Below are positions 36,821 to 46,104 of a DNA stretch of 64,000 bases, piece after piece. Under the pieces are notes generated by a model. The model ran no database searches. It had not been told where the DNA came from and was given only the letters and a program-made list of their open reading frames with translations. The first letter of the stretch is position 1. Every line of letters begins with the position of its first letter. A program made the position numbers and the translations under genes. The DNA lies in assembly GCA_963815115.1 (NCBI GenBank), contig CAWFFN010000009.1, positions 640,001 to 704,000 on the forward strand. Direction: 5' to 3'. This DNA is from an uncultured delta proteobacterium. GTDB taxonomy: Bacteria; Desulfobacterota; Binatia; DP-6.

Positions 36821-38358
36821 TTCTCGCTCTCCTCCTGGGAGTCGGCGCGCGTGTCGCTGCGCAGGCGCCGGGCGACGTTCAGCCCTATGGCGACGGGTCG
36901 CCGCCGCCCGACGCCGGCATCTCGGCTCCGCCGCCCCCGCCCGACGAAGGGCCGGCCGCCGCAACGACTCCCGACGAACCCGAGATGTCGGAGCCGGCGC
37001 CCCCGCCCGCGCCCCCCGCGATGCCCACCGCGCCGGCGCCAGCCGAGGCCCCGGTACCCGACGCTTCTGCCCCCCCCACGCCGGCGCCCGCCGCGCCGCC
37101 ACCTGCCGTCGCCGTCCCTGCGACCGGCACGAGCCCGGCCGCTGCGCCCGCTGCGACTCCGCCGGCACCCGCGGCCGGCGCCCCAGTGCCCGCGCCGAAC
37201 CCGGCGCCTCCGCCCGGCCTCACGAACGTCCCCGCGCCAGCGGCCGCTCCGATGCTGGGTACGATTCCCTCGCCGACCATCCCACCGGCGCCCGCGGTCC
37301 CCGCGTCGGCTCCGGTGGCTGCGGGCGTTCCCGCAGCCACCGGTCCTACCGGACCCGGCACGGCTCCCGCACCCGGGCCCGGCGTTCCGCCGGCGGCAGC
37401 GATGCGAACGTCGGTGCCCAAGGCGGTCCCCTCGTCTCCGCCAGGGGCCCACACCGGACCAGGCGGGCTCCCTCTGCTACTGCCAGGCGGGGTGGGCGCG
37501 CCTGCACCGACCGGGCGCCACGCGCCGGTCGTGCCTCCGCCATCACCGGCCACGGCCACCCTCCCGGCACCGACCGGTCCTCGCACGCCCGCGCCCGCGG
37601 CCGCGGCTGCGCCATCCGAGGGGACGGGGCCCGGTGCGCCGCAGCGCGACATCAGCCTCAAGGGTGATCGCCTGACCGTCCGGGTCACCGCCGTGTCCCT
37701 CGACGAGGTGCTCGCGACCATCGCCGAGCAGAGCAACGCCGAGATCAGGGGATCGGTGCTCGCCCAGCGCGACGTCACCACGGACTTCGAGAATGTCCCG
37801 GTGCAGGACGGCCTGCATCGGATTCTCGGCGATCAGAACTTCCTCCTCACCTATCGCGAGGACGGTACGCTGCGCACCATGACGCTCCTCGGCGGGCCGG
37901 AGACGGCACCGCCGCCGACCCGGGTGGTCAAGGCCGGCTCGGGCGGTCCGGCGACGCAGCCCCCCACGGTGGCAGAGCTGATGCAGCGAGCCATCCCGGT
38001 TCCGGCCGGCAGCAAGCTGGCGCGCTTCCTCGGGCACGATACCGCGACGCTTCAGCAGCTCGCCGACGTCGCGCGCAGCCAGGACGACGTCGGTCTTCGC
38101 ATGGAGGCGATGCGCGCCGGAGTGGGTGCCATCGACTCGCAGCAGGACCTGCGGGCCGCCACCGTCAAGTCACTCGGCGAGGTGGACGACGCCACCCTCG
38201 AGAACCTGGTGCAAGGAATGGCGGGCGATCGCGCCCGGGAGATGGTGTCGCAGCTCGCGACGCTGTCTCACACCAGCGAGATCCGTACCCGCCTGCTCAG
38301 AGTGCTTCGCAGCATGAACGCCTCGGGGCCTGGCAGCGCGGCCCCGCCCACACCCTGA
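36815..38358 (+). CDS. Secreted Pro/Ala-rich protein with STN/secretin-N0-like domain and helical C-terminus (start uncertain)
   Basis: LILALLLGVGARVAAQ signal; long Pro/Ala tract; DRLTVRVTAVSLDEVLATIAEQS...VTTDFENVPVQDGLHRILGDQNFLLTY. Confidence 0.6.
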
Positions 38359-38362
38359 GTCC

Positions 38363-39412
38363 TCACGACCTCGGCGCCGTGGCGGAGGCGGCTCCGGGCG
38401 CTTGCCGGCGCGTCCGCTCGTAGCGCCGGTAGCGGGCCACGGCGGCGTTGTGGCGCGCGAGGTCGACGTTGAACTCGTGCGAGCCGTCACCGCGAGCGAC
38501 GAAGTAGAGGTAGGGCACGGGGGCCGGATCCACCGCGGCTTCGAGCGAGGCACGTCCGGGGTTGGCGATCGGCGTCGGCGGCAGGCCCTGCATGATGTAG
38601 GTGTTGTGTGACGTCGGGCGAGCGAGGTCGGCGCGCGTGATGCGCCGGTTGCCGTCGGTGCGGTCGTAGAGCACCGTTGGATCGGCCTGCAGCGGCATGC
38701 CGCGCTTCAGCCGGTTCAGGAAGACGGCGGCGACCAGTGGTCGTTCGTCGGGCCGCGCCGTCTCCTCCTCGACGAGCGACGCGAGGACGACCGCCTGCTG
38801 CGGATCCAGGCCGACCCGCGCGGCTCGCTCGGCCAGGTCGGGAGTGAAGACCTCGTGGAAGCGGCGGATCATGGTGTGCAGGACGCGTTCGGGCTGGGTG
38901 CCCAGGGGGAACGAGTAGGTGTCCGGGAAGAGGTACCCTTCCGCACCCGTGGGTGGCAGACCCTCCGCTGCCAGGAAGTGGGGGTCCGCCAGGAGCCCGC
39001 GGAAGGCTTCCTCGGAGCCGAGACCGGCGGCAGCGAGCGCGGCGATCACCTGCTGGACCGTCGTGCCCTCCGGGAGGGTCACGGCGTGCAGCGCATCGGC
39101 GGGCCCGGTGAGCCGGGCGAGCAGCTCTCGCGGCGAGAGAGGCTGCGTCAAGCGAAACTCCCCCCAGTGCACGTTACGGTCCTGTCCCGTGAGGTGCGCC
39201 CACAGGACGAACAGCCGGGGGTGGCGCAGGACTCCCTGGGCGGCCAGGTCGCCTGCCACGTCGCCGAGGCGCTGGTGCTCGTGAACGGTCACGGTGACCG
39301 GCTCGGGCATCGCGGGACCGCTCTGGTAGAGGAGCAGCGCGGTGCTCCCCGTCACCACGACGAGCGTCGCCGCGACGGCGGACGCGATTGCTGCGAGCCG
39401 GCGTCGAGTCAC
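38363..39412 (-). CDS. mltG: Endolytic transglycosylase MltG
   Basis: TLPEG, EGYLFPDTY, LASLVEEE, LQADPT, GLPPTPIANPG, YLYFVARGDGSHEF. Confidence 0.93.
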   Translation of the reverse strand: MTRRRLAAIASAVAATLVVVTGSTALLLYQSGPAMPEPVTVTVHEHQRLGDVAGDLAAQGVLRHPRLFVLWAHLTGQDRNVHWGEFRLTQPLSPRELLARLTGPADALHAVTLPEGTTVQQVIAALAAAGLGSEEAFRGLLADPHFLAAEGLPPTGAEGYLFPDTYSFPLGTQPERVLHTMIRRFHEVFTPDLAERAARVGLDPQQAVVLASLVEEETARPDERPLVAAVFLNRLKRGMPLQADPTVLYDRTDGNRRITRADLARPTSHNTYIMQGLPPTPIANPGRASLEAAVDPAPVPYLYFVARGDGSHEFNVDLARHNAAVARYRRYERTRRQAPGAASATAPRS

Positions 39413-39819
39413 ACTGGCCTTGCGAGGTATGATTCGAGAATGATTGCCGCGGCTTCCTGATCCACCACCGCTCGCCTTCTCGCCGAGGAGAGCCCGGCAG
39501 CGCGCAGGGAGCTCTCGGCCTCGAAGGTGGTGAGCCGCTCGTCCCACAGCTCGACGGGAAGCCCGAGATGCGAGCCGATGCGCTCGGCGAATGCCCGCAC
39601 GCGCCGTGCCTGCGGGCCTTCGGTCCCGTCCATGTTGAGGGGCAGCCCGACGACCAGCCTGGCCGGCTCGTACGGACCCAGGGCGTGCGCGATCGCTTCG
39701 AGGTCTCGCCGACCTCCCATCCGGCGTACCAGACCGACTCCGCGCACCGTGAGTTCCAGCTCATCGCAGACGGCGAGCCCGATGCGCGCGTCGCCCACGT
39801 CGAGCGCTGCAAGGCGCAT
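39409..39819 (-). CDS. ruvX: Holliday junction resolvase-like RuvX/YqgF
   Basis: ALDVGDARIGLAVCD, VGLPLNMDG, WDERLTT, VDQEAAAIIL. Confidence 0.92.
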   Translation of the reverse strand: MRLAALDVGDARIGLAVCDELELTVRGVGLVRRMGGRRDLEAIAHALGPYEPARLVVGLPLNMDGTEGPQARRVRAFAERIGSHLGLPVELWDERLTTFEAESSLRAAGLSSARRRAVVDQEAAAIILESYLARPV

Positions 39820-39981
39820 GGTCTTCGTGGTAGCACCCCCCTCGCCGAAGGGGCAAACCGCGGCGTCCGGACGCAGCGTCGGGCCGCGAACGTTGACAAG
39901 GTCCCATCCCTTTGGCAGGGTGCGCGAAACCTAGCGATTCCAGCGTCGCGTTCCCCAGCGCGGCGATCGGAGGACCGACAG

Positions 39982-41421
39982 ATGATGTCGAGACGCCGAA
40001 GCCACGTAGGGGTGTCACAGCACGGAGTGCGTTCCGTCGTTTTCCTGTGCGTGACGACCTTGCTGATGCCCTCCCTCGCTGGCGCTCGCAGCAGGCGCAG
40101 CGCGGGTGCGGGGCCGGACAGCCTCGGCGAGGAGGAGTCGCGCCGCGACACCACGACGCCGGCCGCGACCTTCGACGACGGGACTCCGGGATCGGCGGAG
40201 CCCGGTCCGTCCGACGTGCCGGCAGAGCCGCCCGCGACACACGAGAGCCGCTCCGAAGCCACGTTCGGCGTCTCGGGTGAGGTCGACGAGCACGTCCACA
40301 TACGCCGGGGTGACACGCTCGAGCACATCCTTCTGCTGAAGGGGCTGGGCGCCGCGGAGTCGGCGCCGTGGCTGCGCGCCGCGCAGGGGGTATACGATCT
40401 GCGGCTGGTGCAGCCGAAGCGGGGATTCTCCCTCAAGTTCGACCGCGCCACGCGCCAGCTCGAGTCGGTGCGGTACGAGATCGACGGTCGCTCGCTGCTC
40501 GTGCTCCAGCGCGGCGCCGACGGCTACACCGTCACCGGGCATCGCGAGGCGCTGCCCTACTTCGTGGAGGTGAAGGGCGCGGCCGGGCGGATCGAGCGCG
40601 GCCTGCGCGAGGACACGATGGAGGCGGGGGTGCCGCCGGGCATCGCCTCGGAGATGGTCGACATCTTCGGCTGGGACCTCGACGTCGGAGCCCGTCTCGC
40701 GCCCGGGGACGAGTTCCGTGTCATCTACGAAAACCTGTGGGAGACCGGAAAGTCGGAGGCGACCCCGGGCAAGATCCTCGGCGCCGAGATCATCACGCGC
40801 GGCCAGCCGCTCACCGCGGTGCTCTTCGAGAGCGAGGACGGCTCCGGCGGCTACTATCGACCCGACGGAGGGGCGCTGTCGCGCGACTTCCTGCGCTATC
40901 CCCTCGAATACCGCGAGATCAGCTCCGAGTTCTCCATGAACCGCTATCATCCCATCCTGCACCGCTGGCGGCCGCACATGGGGGTCGATCTGGCGGCACC
41001 TCGCGGAACTCCGGTGCGGGCGGTGGCCGACGGCTGGGTGAAGGACGCCGGCTGGATGGGAGGACTCGGACGCGCGGTGCGTCTCGAGCACATGGGTGAC
41101 CGCGTCACCACCTATGGCCACCTCGTCGAGGTCGCCCCCGGCATCAAGGAGGGGGTCACGGTCGAGCAGGGTCAGGTGATCGGCTACGTGGGCTCCACGG
41201 GCCTCGCCACCGGCAACCACCTGCACTACGAGGTCGAGGAAGGCGGGACCGTGCTCGATCCCATGGAGTTCCAGGCCGAGCCCGATTCGCCGGTGGCCGA
41301 CCAGCAGCGCCGGGCGTTCGACAGGGTGCGCGCGAAGGTGACGCGCTCGCTCGCGAGCCTGACGGTGAACGATCGGCCGACGGCGGTGTCGCTCTCGGCG
41401 GCCGAAGTGCCCTCGGAGTAG
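39982..41421 (+). CDS. M23 peptidoglycan DD-endopeptidase (MepM/OapA-like)
   Basis: GGAGG RBS; HMGVDLAAPRGTPV, YGHL, GYVGSTGLATGNHLHYE. Confidence 0.9.
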   Translation: MMSRRRSHVGVSQHGVRSVVFLCVTTLLMPSLAGARSRRSAGAGPDSLGEEESRRDTTTPAATFDDGTPGSAEPGPSDVPAEPPATHESRSEATFGVSGEVDEHVHIRRGDTLEHILLLKGLGAAESAPWLRAAQGVYDLRLVQPKRGFSLKFDRATRQLESVRYEIDGRSLLVLQRGADGYTVTGHREALPYFVEVKGAAGRIERGLREDTMEAGVPPGIASEMVDIFGWDLDVGARLAPGDEFRVIYENLWETGKSEATPGKILGAEIITRGQPLTAVLFESEDGSGGYYRPDGGALSRDFLRYPLEYREISSEFSMNRYHPILHRWRPHMGVDLAAPRGTPVRAVADGWVKDAGWMGGLGRAVRLEHMGDRVTTYGHLVEVAPGIKEGVTVEQGQVIGYVGSTGLATGNHLHYEVEEGGTVLDPMEFQAEPDSPVADQQRRAFDRVRAKVTRSLASLTVNDRPTAVSLSAAEVPSE

Positions 41422-42219
41422 GCGACGCGCTATCGGGAGGGACCTCGCCCGCGGCTCTTCGCGCACCGCGGGGCCTCCGGCACCCATCCCGAGAACACCC
41501 TCGAGAGCTTCGCGGCGGCCCTCGCGGCCGGCGCCGAGCGGCTCGAGCTCGACGTCCATGCGACGGCCGACGGCCACGTCGTCGTGCTGCACGACCCCAC
41601 GCTCGATCGCACGACCGACGGCCGGGGTGCGGTTCGCGAGCGCACCCTCGCCGAGGTGAAGGCACTCGATGCCGGGTACCAGTTCGCCGGCGCGGACGGC
41701 GGCCACCCCTGGCGAGGTCGCGGGGTGCAGGTGCCCACCCTCGACGAGCTCCTGGCGGCGCATCCGGGCGTACCGCTCAACATCGAGTTGAAGCAGGAGG
41801 AGCCGGCCATCGTGGGTGACGTCCTGGCCGCGCTCGACCGTCACGCGGCGCGCGAGCGCACGCTGCTCGCCGCCGAGCACGCGCCGATCATGACGAGCAT
41901 CCGCGCCCAGGCCCCCGACATCCTGACCAGCTGCTCGGCGGCCGAGGTGGCCGACTTCGTCTTCCGCGTGCGTGACGGCAACCTCGAGGGCTGGACGCCG
42001 CCCGGCCTCGCGCTCCAGGTACCCCCGAGCTACCAGGGCATCGACATCGTCACGGCCGACTCCGTGGCCGCGGCCCACCGTCTCGGGCTCGAGGTGCACG
42101 TCTGGACGATCGACGCCGCCGCCGAGATGGACGCGCTGCTCGACCTCGGCGTCGACGGCATCATGACGAACCTGCCCGCGCTCGGCATGGCGGTGTTCCG
42201 CCGCCGCGGTCTGCGCTAG
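41422..42219 (+). CDS. Glycerophosphodiester phosphodiesterase (no canonical start found upstream of the catalytic N-terminus)
   Basis: FAHRGASGTHPENTL, ELDVHATADG, HDPTLDRTT, NIELK, VHVWTID, GVDGIMTN; in frame with the M23 ORF after its TAG. Confidence 0.85.
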   Translation, partial: ATRYREGPRPRLFAHRGASGTHPENTLESFAAALAAGAERLELDVHATADGHVVVLHDPTLDRTTDGRGAVRERTLAEVKALDAGYQFAGADGGHPWRGRGVQVPTLDELLAAHPGVPLNIELKQEEPAIVGDVLAALDRHAARERTLLAAEHAPIMTSIRAQAPDILTSCSAAEVADFVFRVRDGNLEGWTPPGLALQVPPSYQGIDIVTADSVAAAHRLGLEVHVWTIDAAAEMDALLDLGVDGIMTNLPALGMAVFRRRGLR

Positions 42220-42248
42220 GCCGCGCGCACGGCAGAGCGCCCGGCTGC

Positions 42249-43037
42249 TCAGCGCCGCGTCTGCGCGATGAGACGCAGGAGACCGTCGTGCAGCACCCCG
42301 TTCGACGCGATCATGCCCGGTCGCAGCGGCGACGGCTGGTTGAAGACGAGCGGGCGGCCATCGAGCCCGGTGACGCGTCCGCCGGCTTCCTCGACCAGCA
42401 ACGATCCGGCACAGATGTCCCACTCGTTCTTCGGCGTCAGCGTGAAGGTCGCGTCGCCGTGTCCCGTCGAGAGCTCGGCGAGCTTGAAGGCGACGCTGCC
42501 CGTGAGCACCACCTTGCAGTGCGGCTTGAACGCGTCCCACTCGCCCCGCTTGTCCTCGGAGCGGCTCGCGAGCACCTCGGCAGCGGCGACGTCACGCTGC
42601 GTGCTGACGTGTGCCGGGTCGCCGTTCACCGTCGTGCCCTGGCCGCGCACCGCGCAGTAGACGCGCTCGGCCGCGGGGTTGAGCTCGACCGCGACGATCG
42701 GCCGGCCGTCCTCGACCAGCGCGATGCAGACGCAGAACTCCGGAATCTGCTGGGTGAACTCCTTCGTGCCGTCGAGGGGGTCGACGATCCAGACCCTGCG
42801 CCGCTCGAGCCGCGCCGTCGAGTCGGCGGTCTCCTCCGACAGCCAGCCGTCCCCGGGAAACGCGCGCGAGATCATCTCGTGGATGCAGGAGTTCGACTCG
42901 CGGTCGGCGGCCGTGAGCGGATCGTCGTGGCCCTTCATCTCGACCGCCAGGTCGGTCTTGTAGTGCCGGCGGATGATGGCGCCGGCGGCGCGGGCCGCCT
43001 CCAGCGCCACGTCGCGCTCGCGCCCGAGCCCGCTCAC
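42249..43037 (-). CDS. Inositol monophosphatase family / CysQ-like 3'(2'),5'-bisphosphate nucleotidase
   Basis: LSEE, WIVDPLDGTKEF, EWDICAG...EEAGG. Confidence 0.85.
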   Translation of the reverse strand: MSGLGRERDVALEAARAAGAIIRRHYKTDLAVEMKGHDDPLTAADRESNSCIHEMISRAFPGDGWLSEETADSTARLERRRVWIVDPLDGTKEFTQQIPEFCVCIALVEDGRPIVAVELNPAAERVYCAVRGQGTTVNGDPAHVSTQRDVAAAEVLASRSEDKRGEWDAFKPHCKVVLTGSVAFKLAELSTGHGDATFTLTPKNEWDICAGSLLVEEAGGRVTGLDGRPLVFNQPSPLRPGMIASNGVLHDGLLRLIAQTRR

Positions 43038-43110
43038 TCTTTCGGCTCCTTCATGCCAGCCATCGCCGATTCCGTAGCAAGTCGGTCCGGATTTTCAAAG
43101 CCGGCGCGCC

Positions 43111-43617
43111 ATGGCCTCGTCCTTGACGCACGCGCACCGAGCCACTACGCATGCGGCGGTGCGCATCCTCGTCCTGCTGCTCGCGACCGTCGGTGGCGTC
43201 GGCTACGTCCCGATGGTGCCGGGCACCATCGGCTCGCTGGTCGCGCTGCCCCTGCTGCCGGTCCTGGCGGAGCTCCGTGCGCGCGCGCCGCTCGGCGGCT
43301 GGATCGCGGTCGCGCTGCTCCTCGCCGTCTCGGTGTGGGCCGCGGACCGTGCCGACCGCCTCCTTCCGGGACACGATCAGGGCTGCATCGTGATCGACGA
43401 GGTCGCCGGCATGGTCGTCGGCGGGCTTTTCGTACCCGGCACGTGGGGCGCCGCCGTGCTCGTCCTCATCCTCTTCCGCGTCCTCGACGTGCTGAAGCCG
43501 TGGCCGGCGAACCTGATCGACCGCCGCGTCCACTCGGGGCTGGGCGTCGTGGGCGACGATCTCGTCGCCGGCGCCTACGCCGGCGTCGCGGCGCGCCTCG
43601 TCCTGGCGGTCGCATGA
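43111..43617 (+). CDS. pgpA: Phosphatidylglycerophosphatase A
   Basis: PGTIGSL, IVIDEVAG, FRVLDVLKPWP, GVVGDDLVAG. Confidence 0.9.
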   Translation: MASSLTHAHRATTHAAVRILVLLLATVGGVGYVPMVPGTIGSLVALPLLPVLAELRARAPLGGWIAVALLLAVSVWAADRADRLLPGHDQGCIVIDEVAGMVVGGLFVPGTWGAAVLVLILFRVLDVLKPWPANLIDRRVHSGLGVVGDDLVAGAYAGVAARLVLAVA

Positions 43618-44888
43618 TCGAGCGCGCGGCCATCCTCTCGACCGGCGACGAGCTCACCACCGGGCGCATCCTCGACTCGAACGCGAGCTGGATCGCCGAC
43701 AAGCTCTTCGAGATCGGCGTCGACGTCGTCTGCGTGCTCACGGTGGGCGACTGGCCGGAGCGGCTCGCATGGGCGTGGCGCCAGGCCCTCGCGCAGGCGG
43801 ACGTGGTGATCTCGACGGGGGGCATCGGGCCCACGGCCGACGACCTCACCAGCGAGACGGTGGCCGGCGTGCTGGGCGTCCCGCTGGTCGAGGACTCCGC
43901 GTCCGCCGATCGCATCAGACGCTTCTTCGCGGCCAGCGGACGGCCGATGCCCGAGAACAATTTGAAGCAGGCCCTTCTCCCGGCGGGCGCCGTCGTGGTG
44001 CCGAACGCTCTCGGGACCGCACCCGGCTACCGCGTCGCGCACGCCGGGCGCACGGTCTTCGTCCTGCCCGGCGTGCCGCGCGAGATGAAGCCGATGATGG
44101 GGGAGACCGTGCTGCCGTGGCTGCGGGCGCAGCGCGGCGGCGACGTCTACCTGGCACGCACCTTCCAGACCTTCGGGGTCACCGAGTCCGGGCTGGACGA
44201 GCTGGTGGCGGGCGTCGTCGATCCCGCCGAGGGCCGGGTGTCGTTTCGCGCCAGCTTTCCCGAGGTGTCGGTTCGCGTCGTGGCGCACGGCGAGCCCGAG
44301 GTGGCTGCGTCGCGCCTGGCGGCGGTGGGCGACAGGCTGCGGGCGGCGATCGGCCCGTACTGCTACGGCGAGGGTGCGGTCACCATGGAGGAGACGGTGG
44401 GGGCACTGCTGCGCGAGCGCGGTCTCACCGTCGCCACCGCGGAGTCGTGCACGGGTGGTCTGGTCGCGCATCGCCTGACCAACGTTCCGGGCAGCTCGGC
44501 GTACGTGCGCGGTGCCGTGGTGGCGTATGCCAACGACGCCAAGCGCTCCCTGCTCGGCGTGTCGCAGGCGACGCTGGAGGCGCACGGCGCGGTGAGCGAG
44601 GAGACCGCGGCCGAGATGGCCGCCGGCGCCCGGCGCGCCCTCGGGTGCGACCTTGCCGTCTCGACGACCGGGGTCGCCGGACCCGACGGCGGCACGTCCG
44701 AGAAGCCGGTCGGGACCGTCTGCCTGGGGTTGGCCTCGGCGGACGGCACGGTTGCGGCGCGCTACCAGCTGTGGGGCACGAGGGACTGGGTGAAGCTCCT
44801 CGCCTCCCAGGTGGCGCTGGAGTGGATCCGCCGGCACCTCCTGGGGCTGCCGGTCCGCGAGCTGGCCCTGTTCCGGCCGAGGCGATAG
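43614..44888 (+). CDS. cinA: Competence/damage-inducible protein CinA (MoCF-binding + PncC)
   Basis: TGDELTTGRILDSNA, GGIGPTADDLT, LPGVPREM, AESCTGG, HGAVSEE, TGVAGPDGG..KPVGTV. Confidence 0.93.
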   Translation: MIERAAILSTGDELTTGRILDSNASWIADKLFEIGVDVVCVLTVGDWPERLAWAWRQALAQADVVISTGGIGPTADDLTSETVAGVLGVPLVEDSASADRIRRFFAASGRPMPENNLKQALLPAGAVVVPNALGTAPGYRVAHAGRTVFVLPGVPREMKPMMGETVLPWLRAQRGGDVYLARTFQTFGVTESGLDELVAGVVDPAEGRVSFRASFPEVSVRVVAHGEPEVAASRLAAVGDRLRAAIGPYCYGEGAVTMEETVGALLRERGLTVATAESCTGGLVAHRLTNVPGSSAYVRGAVVAYANDAKRSLLGVSQATLEAHGAVSEETAAEMAAGARRALGCDLAVSTTGVAGPDGGTSEKPVGTVCLGLASADGTVAARYQLWGTRDWVKLLASQVALEWIRRHLLGLPVRELALFRPRR

Positions 44889-44900
44889 CCCGCGAGCTCG

Positions 44901-44930
44901 TTTTAACCTTCCGCAGGTCCGGGCGTCTTC
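44901..44930 (+). promoter_or_regulatory. ECF-sigma-type promoter, copy 1
   Basis: TTTAAC-N16-CGTC, matching the general ECF -35 AAC / -10 CGT pattern. Confidence 0.65.
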
Positions 44931-44954
44931 TGTAGAAGAAAGGAGACCCTGACC

Positions 44955-45158
44955 ATGTGGACTCGCAACCTGCTCGCTGCCCTGGCCGCTCTGACGCTGT
45001 CGGCCACCCTGGTCCAGCCTGTGCCCGTGATGGCCGCCACGCATCACAAGCATCACGCGGCGCACCATAAGCACCACAAGTGCAAGTGCCCCTGCCCGTG
45101 CAAGCATCACCACCACAAGCACCACACGCATCACCATAAGGCCAAGAAGGCCGCCTGA
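44955..45158 (+). CDS. Secreted His/Lys-rich peptide 1 with CKCPCPC motif (67 aa)
   Basis: AAAGGAG RBS; ~28-aa signal peptide; 39-aa mature part with 17 His, 9 Lys and 4 Cys, ending KAKKAA. Confidence 0.85.
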   Translation: MWTRNLLAALAALTLSATLVQPVPVMAATHHKHHAAHHKHHKCKCPCPCKHHHHKHHTHHHKAKKAA

Positions 45159-45266
45159 GGGGTGAGGCGCCGCCTCGCGTGCTGGCGCCGGCGGCTCGGC
45201 ATCTCCGGGGGCGACCGACCCGTGAGTTCGCGCGGTTCCGGGCCGCGGCGATAGTCCGCGCGCCCG

Positions 45267-45296
45267 TTTTAACCTTCCGCGGATCCGGGGCGTCTC
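45267..45296 (+). promoter_or_regulatory. ECF-sigma-type promoter, copy 2
   Basis: TTTAAC-N17-CGTC. Confidence 0.65.
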
Positions 45297-45326
45297 CCGG
45301 GTAAGATAAGAAAGGAGAACCTCCTG

Positions 45327-45539
45327 ATGAACGGTTCCAAGCTGAAGGCCGCGCTGGGCGCCCTCGCCCTCTCAACCTCCCTCGCTGCTTCGCCCGTGTT
45401 GGCGGCGGAGACAGTGCACCATCATCACACGCATCATCACTATCATCATCACGGCAAGAAGGCGTCCCACAAGTCCCACAAGAAGCACCACAGCCACAAG
45501 AAGCACGCGCACAAGCACGCGGCCAAGAAGGCCGCCTGA
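45327..45539 (+). CDS. Secreted His/Lys-rich peptide 2 (70 aa)
   Basis: AAAGGAG RBS; ~27-aa signal peptide; 43-aa mature part with 18 His, ending AAKKAA. Confidence 0.85.
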   Translation: MNGSKLKAALGALALSTSLAASPVLAAETVHHHHTHHHYHHHGKKASHKSHKKHHSHKKHAHKHAAKKAA

Positions 45540-45576
45540 GCGGCGCCGCGCCGCCTCGCGTGCTAGTGCGGGCGGC

Positions 45577-46104
45577 GTGGACGACGCATCGCTCGTCGCC
45601 GGCACGCTCGCCGGGCGCCAGGAATGTTTCGAGGTGCTCGTCGAGCGGCATCAGCGCAGCATCCATGGGCTGGCGCACCGGTGGTTGGGCGATCACGCGG
45701 CAGCCGACGAGGTCGTGCAGGCCACCTTCGTGCAGGCCTACACGCACCTCGTCGACTTCCGCGGTGAGGCATCATTCAGGAGCTGGCTCTGTGGGATCGC
45801 GCTCAACCAGGCCCGTAGCCTCCAGCGCGCCCGGCGCCGCGAGCGCTCGGTACCGCTCGATGAGGTCCCCGAGGACGCCCTCCCACAGGTCGGCGAGCCG
45901 TCTGCGGGAAATGAAGCCCGCGATCGGCTCGTTCTCCTCGTTCAACGCCTGCCGCCGCGGCAGCGCGCCGTGGTCACCCTTCGCGTCGCGGCCGACCTTC
46001 CCTTCCGGGAGATCGCCCGGCTCGAGGGTATCAGCGAAAATTCCGCGAAAGTGAGCTATCATCACGCCGTGACCCGACTCCGACAATGGATGGGGCGGGG
46101 TTGA
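45577..46104 (+). CDS. ECF sigma factor (sigma-70 group 4)
   Basis: FEVLVERHQ, ADEVVQATF, FRGEASFRSWLCGIALN, LPPRQRAVVTLR...FREIA..GISENSAK. Confidence 0.92.
   Translation: MDDASLVAGTLAGRQECFEVLVERHQRSIHGLAHRWLGDHAAADEVVQATFVQAYTHLVDFRGEASFRSWLCGIALNQARSLQRARRRERSVPLDEVPEDALPQVGEPSAGNEARDRLVLLVQRLPPRQRAVVTLRVAADLPFREIARLEGISENSAKVSYHHAVTRLRQWMGRG

Larger units (their letters stand above)
44832..45576 (+). repeat. Degenerate tandem duplication (~365-bp unit): cinA 3' end + promoter + His-rich peptide gene + tail
   Basis: Copy 1 ~44832-45196, copy 2 ~45197-45576; shared GGCGATAG, GTTTTAACCTTCCGC, AAGAAAGGAGA, GCCAAGAAGGCCGCCTGAG and GCGCCGCCTCGCGTGCT blocks. Confidence 0.8.

Noticed and set aside
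44955-45539. His-rich peptides as RiPP precursors
   Set aside because: They have Sec-type signal peptides, and no modifying enzyme, peptidase or transporter is adjacent
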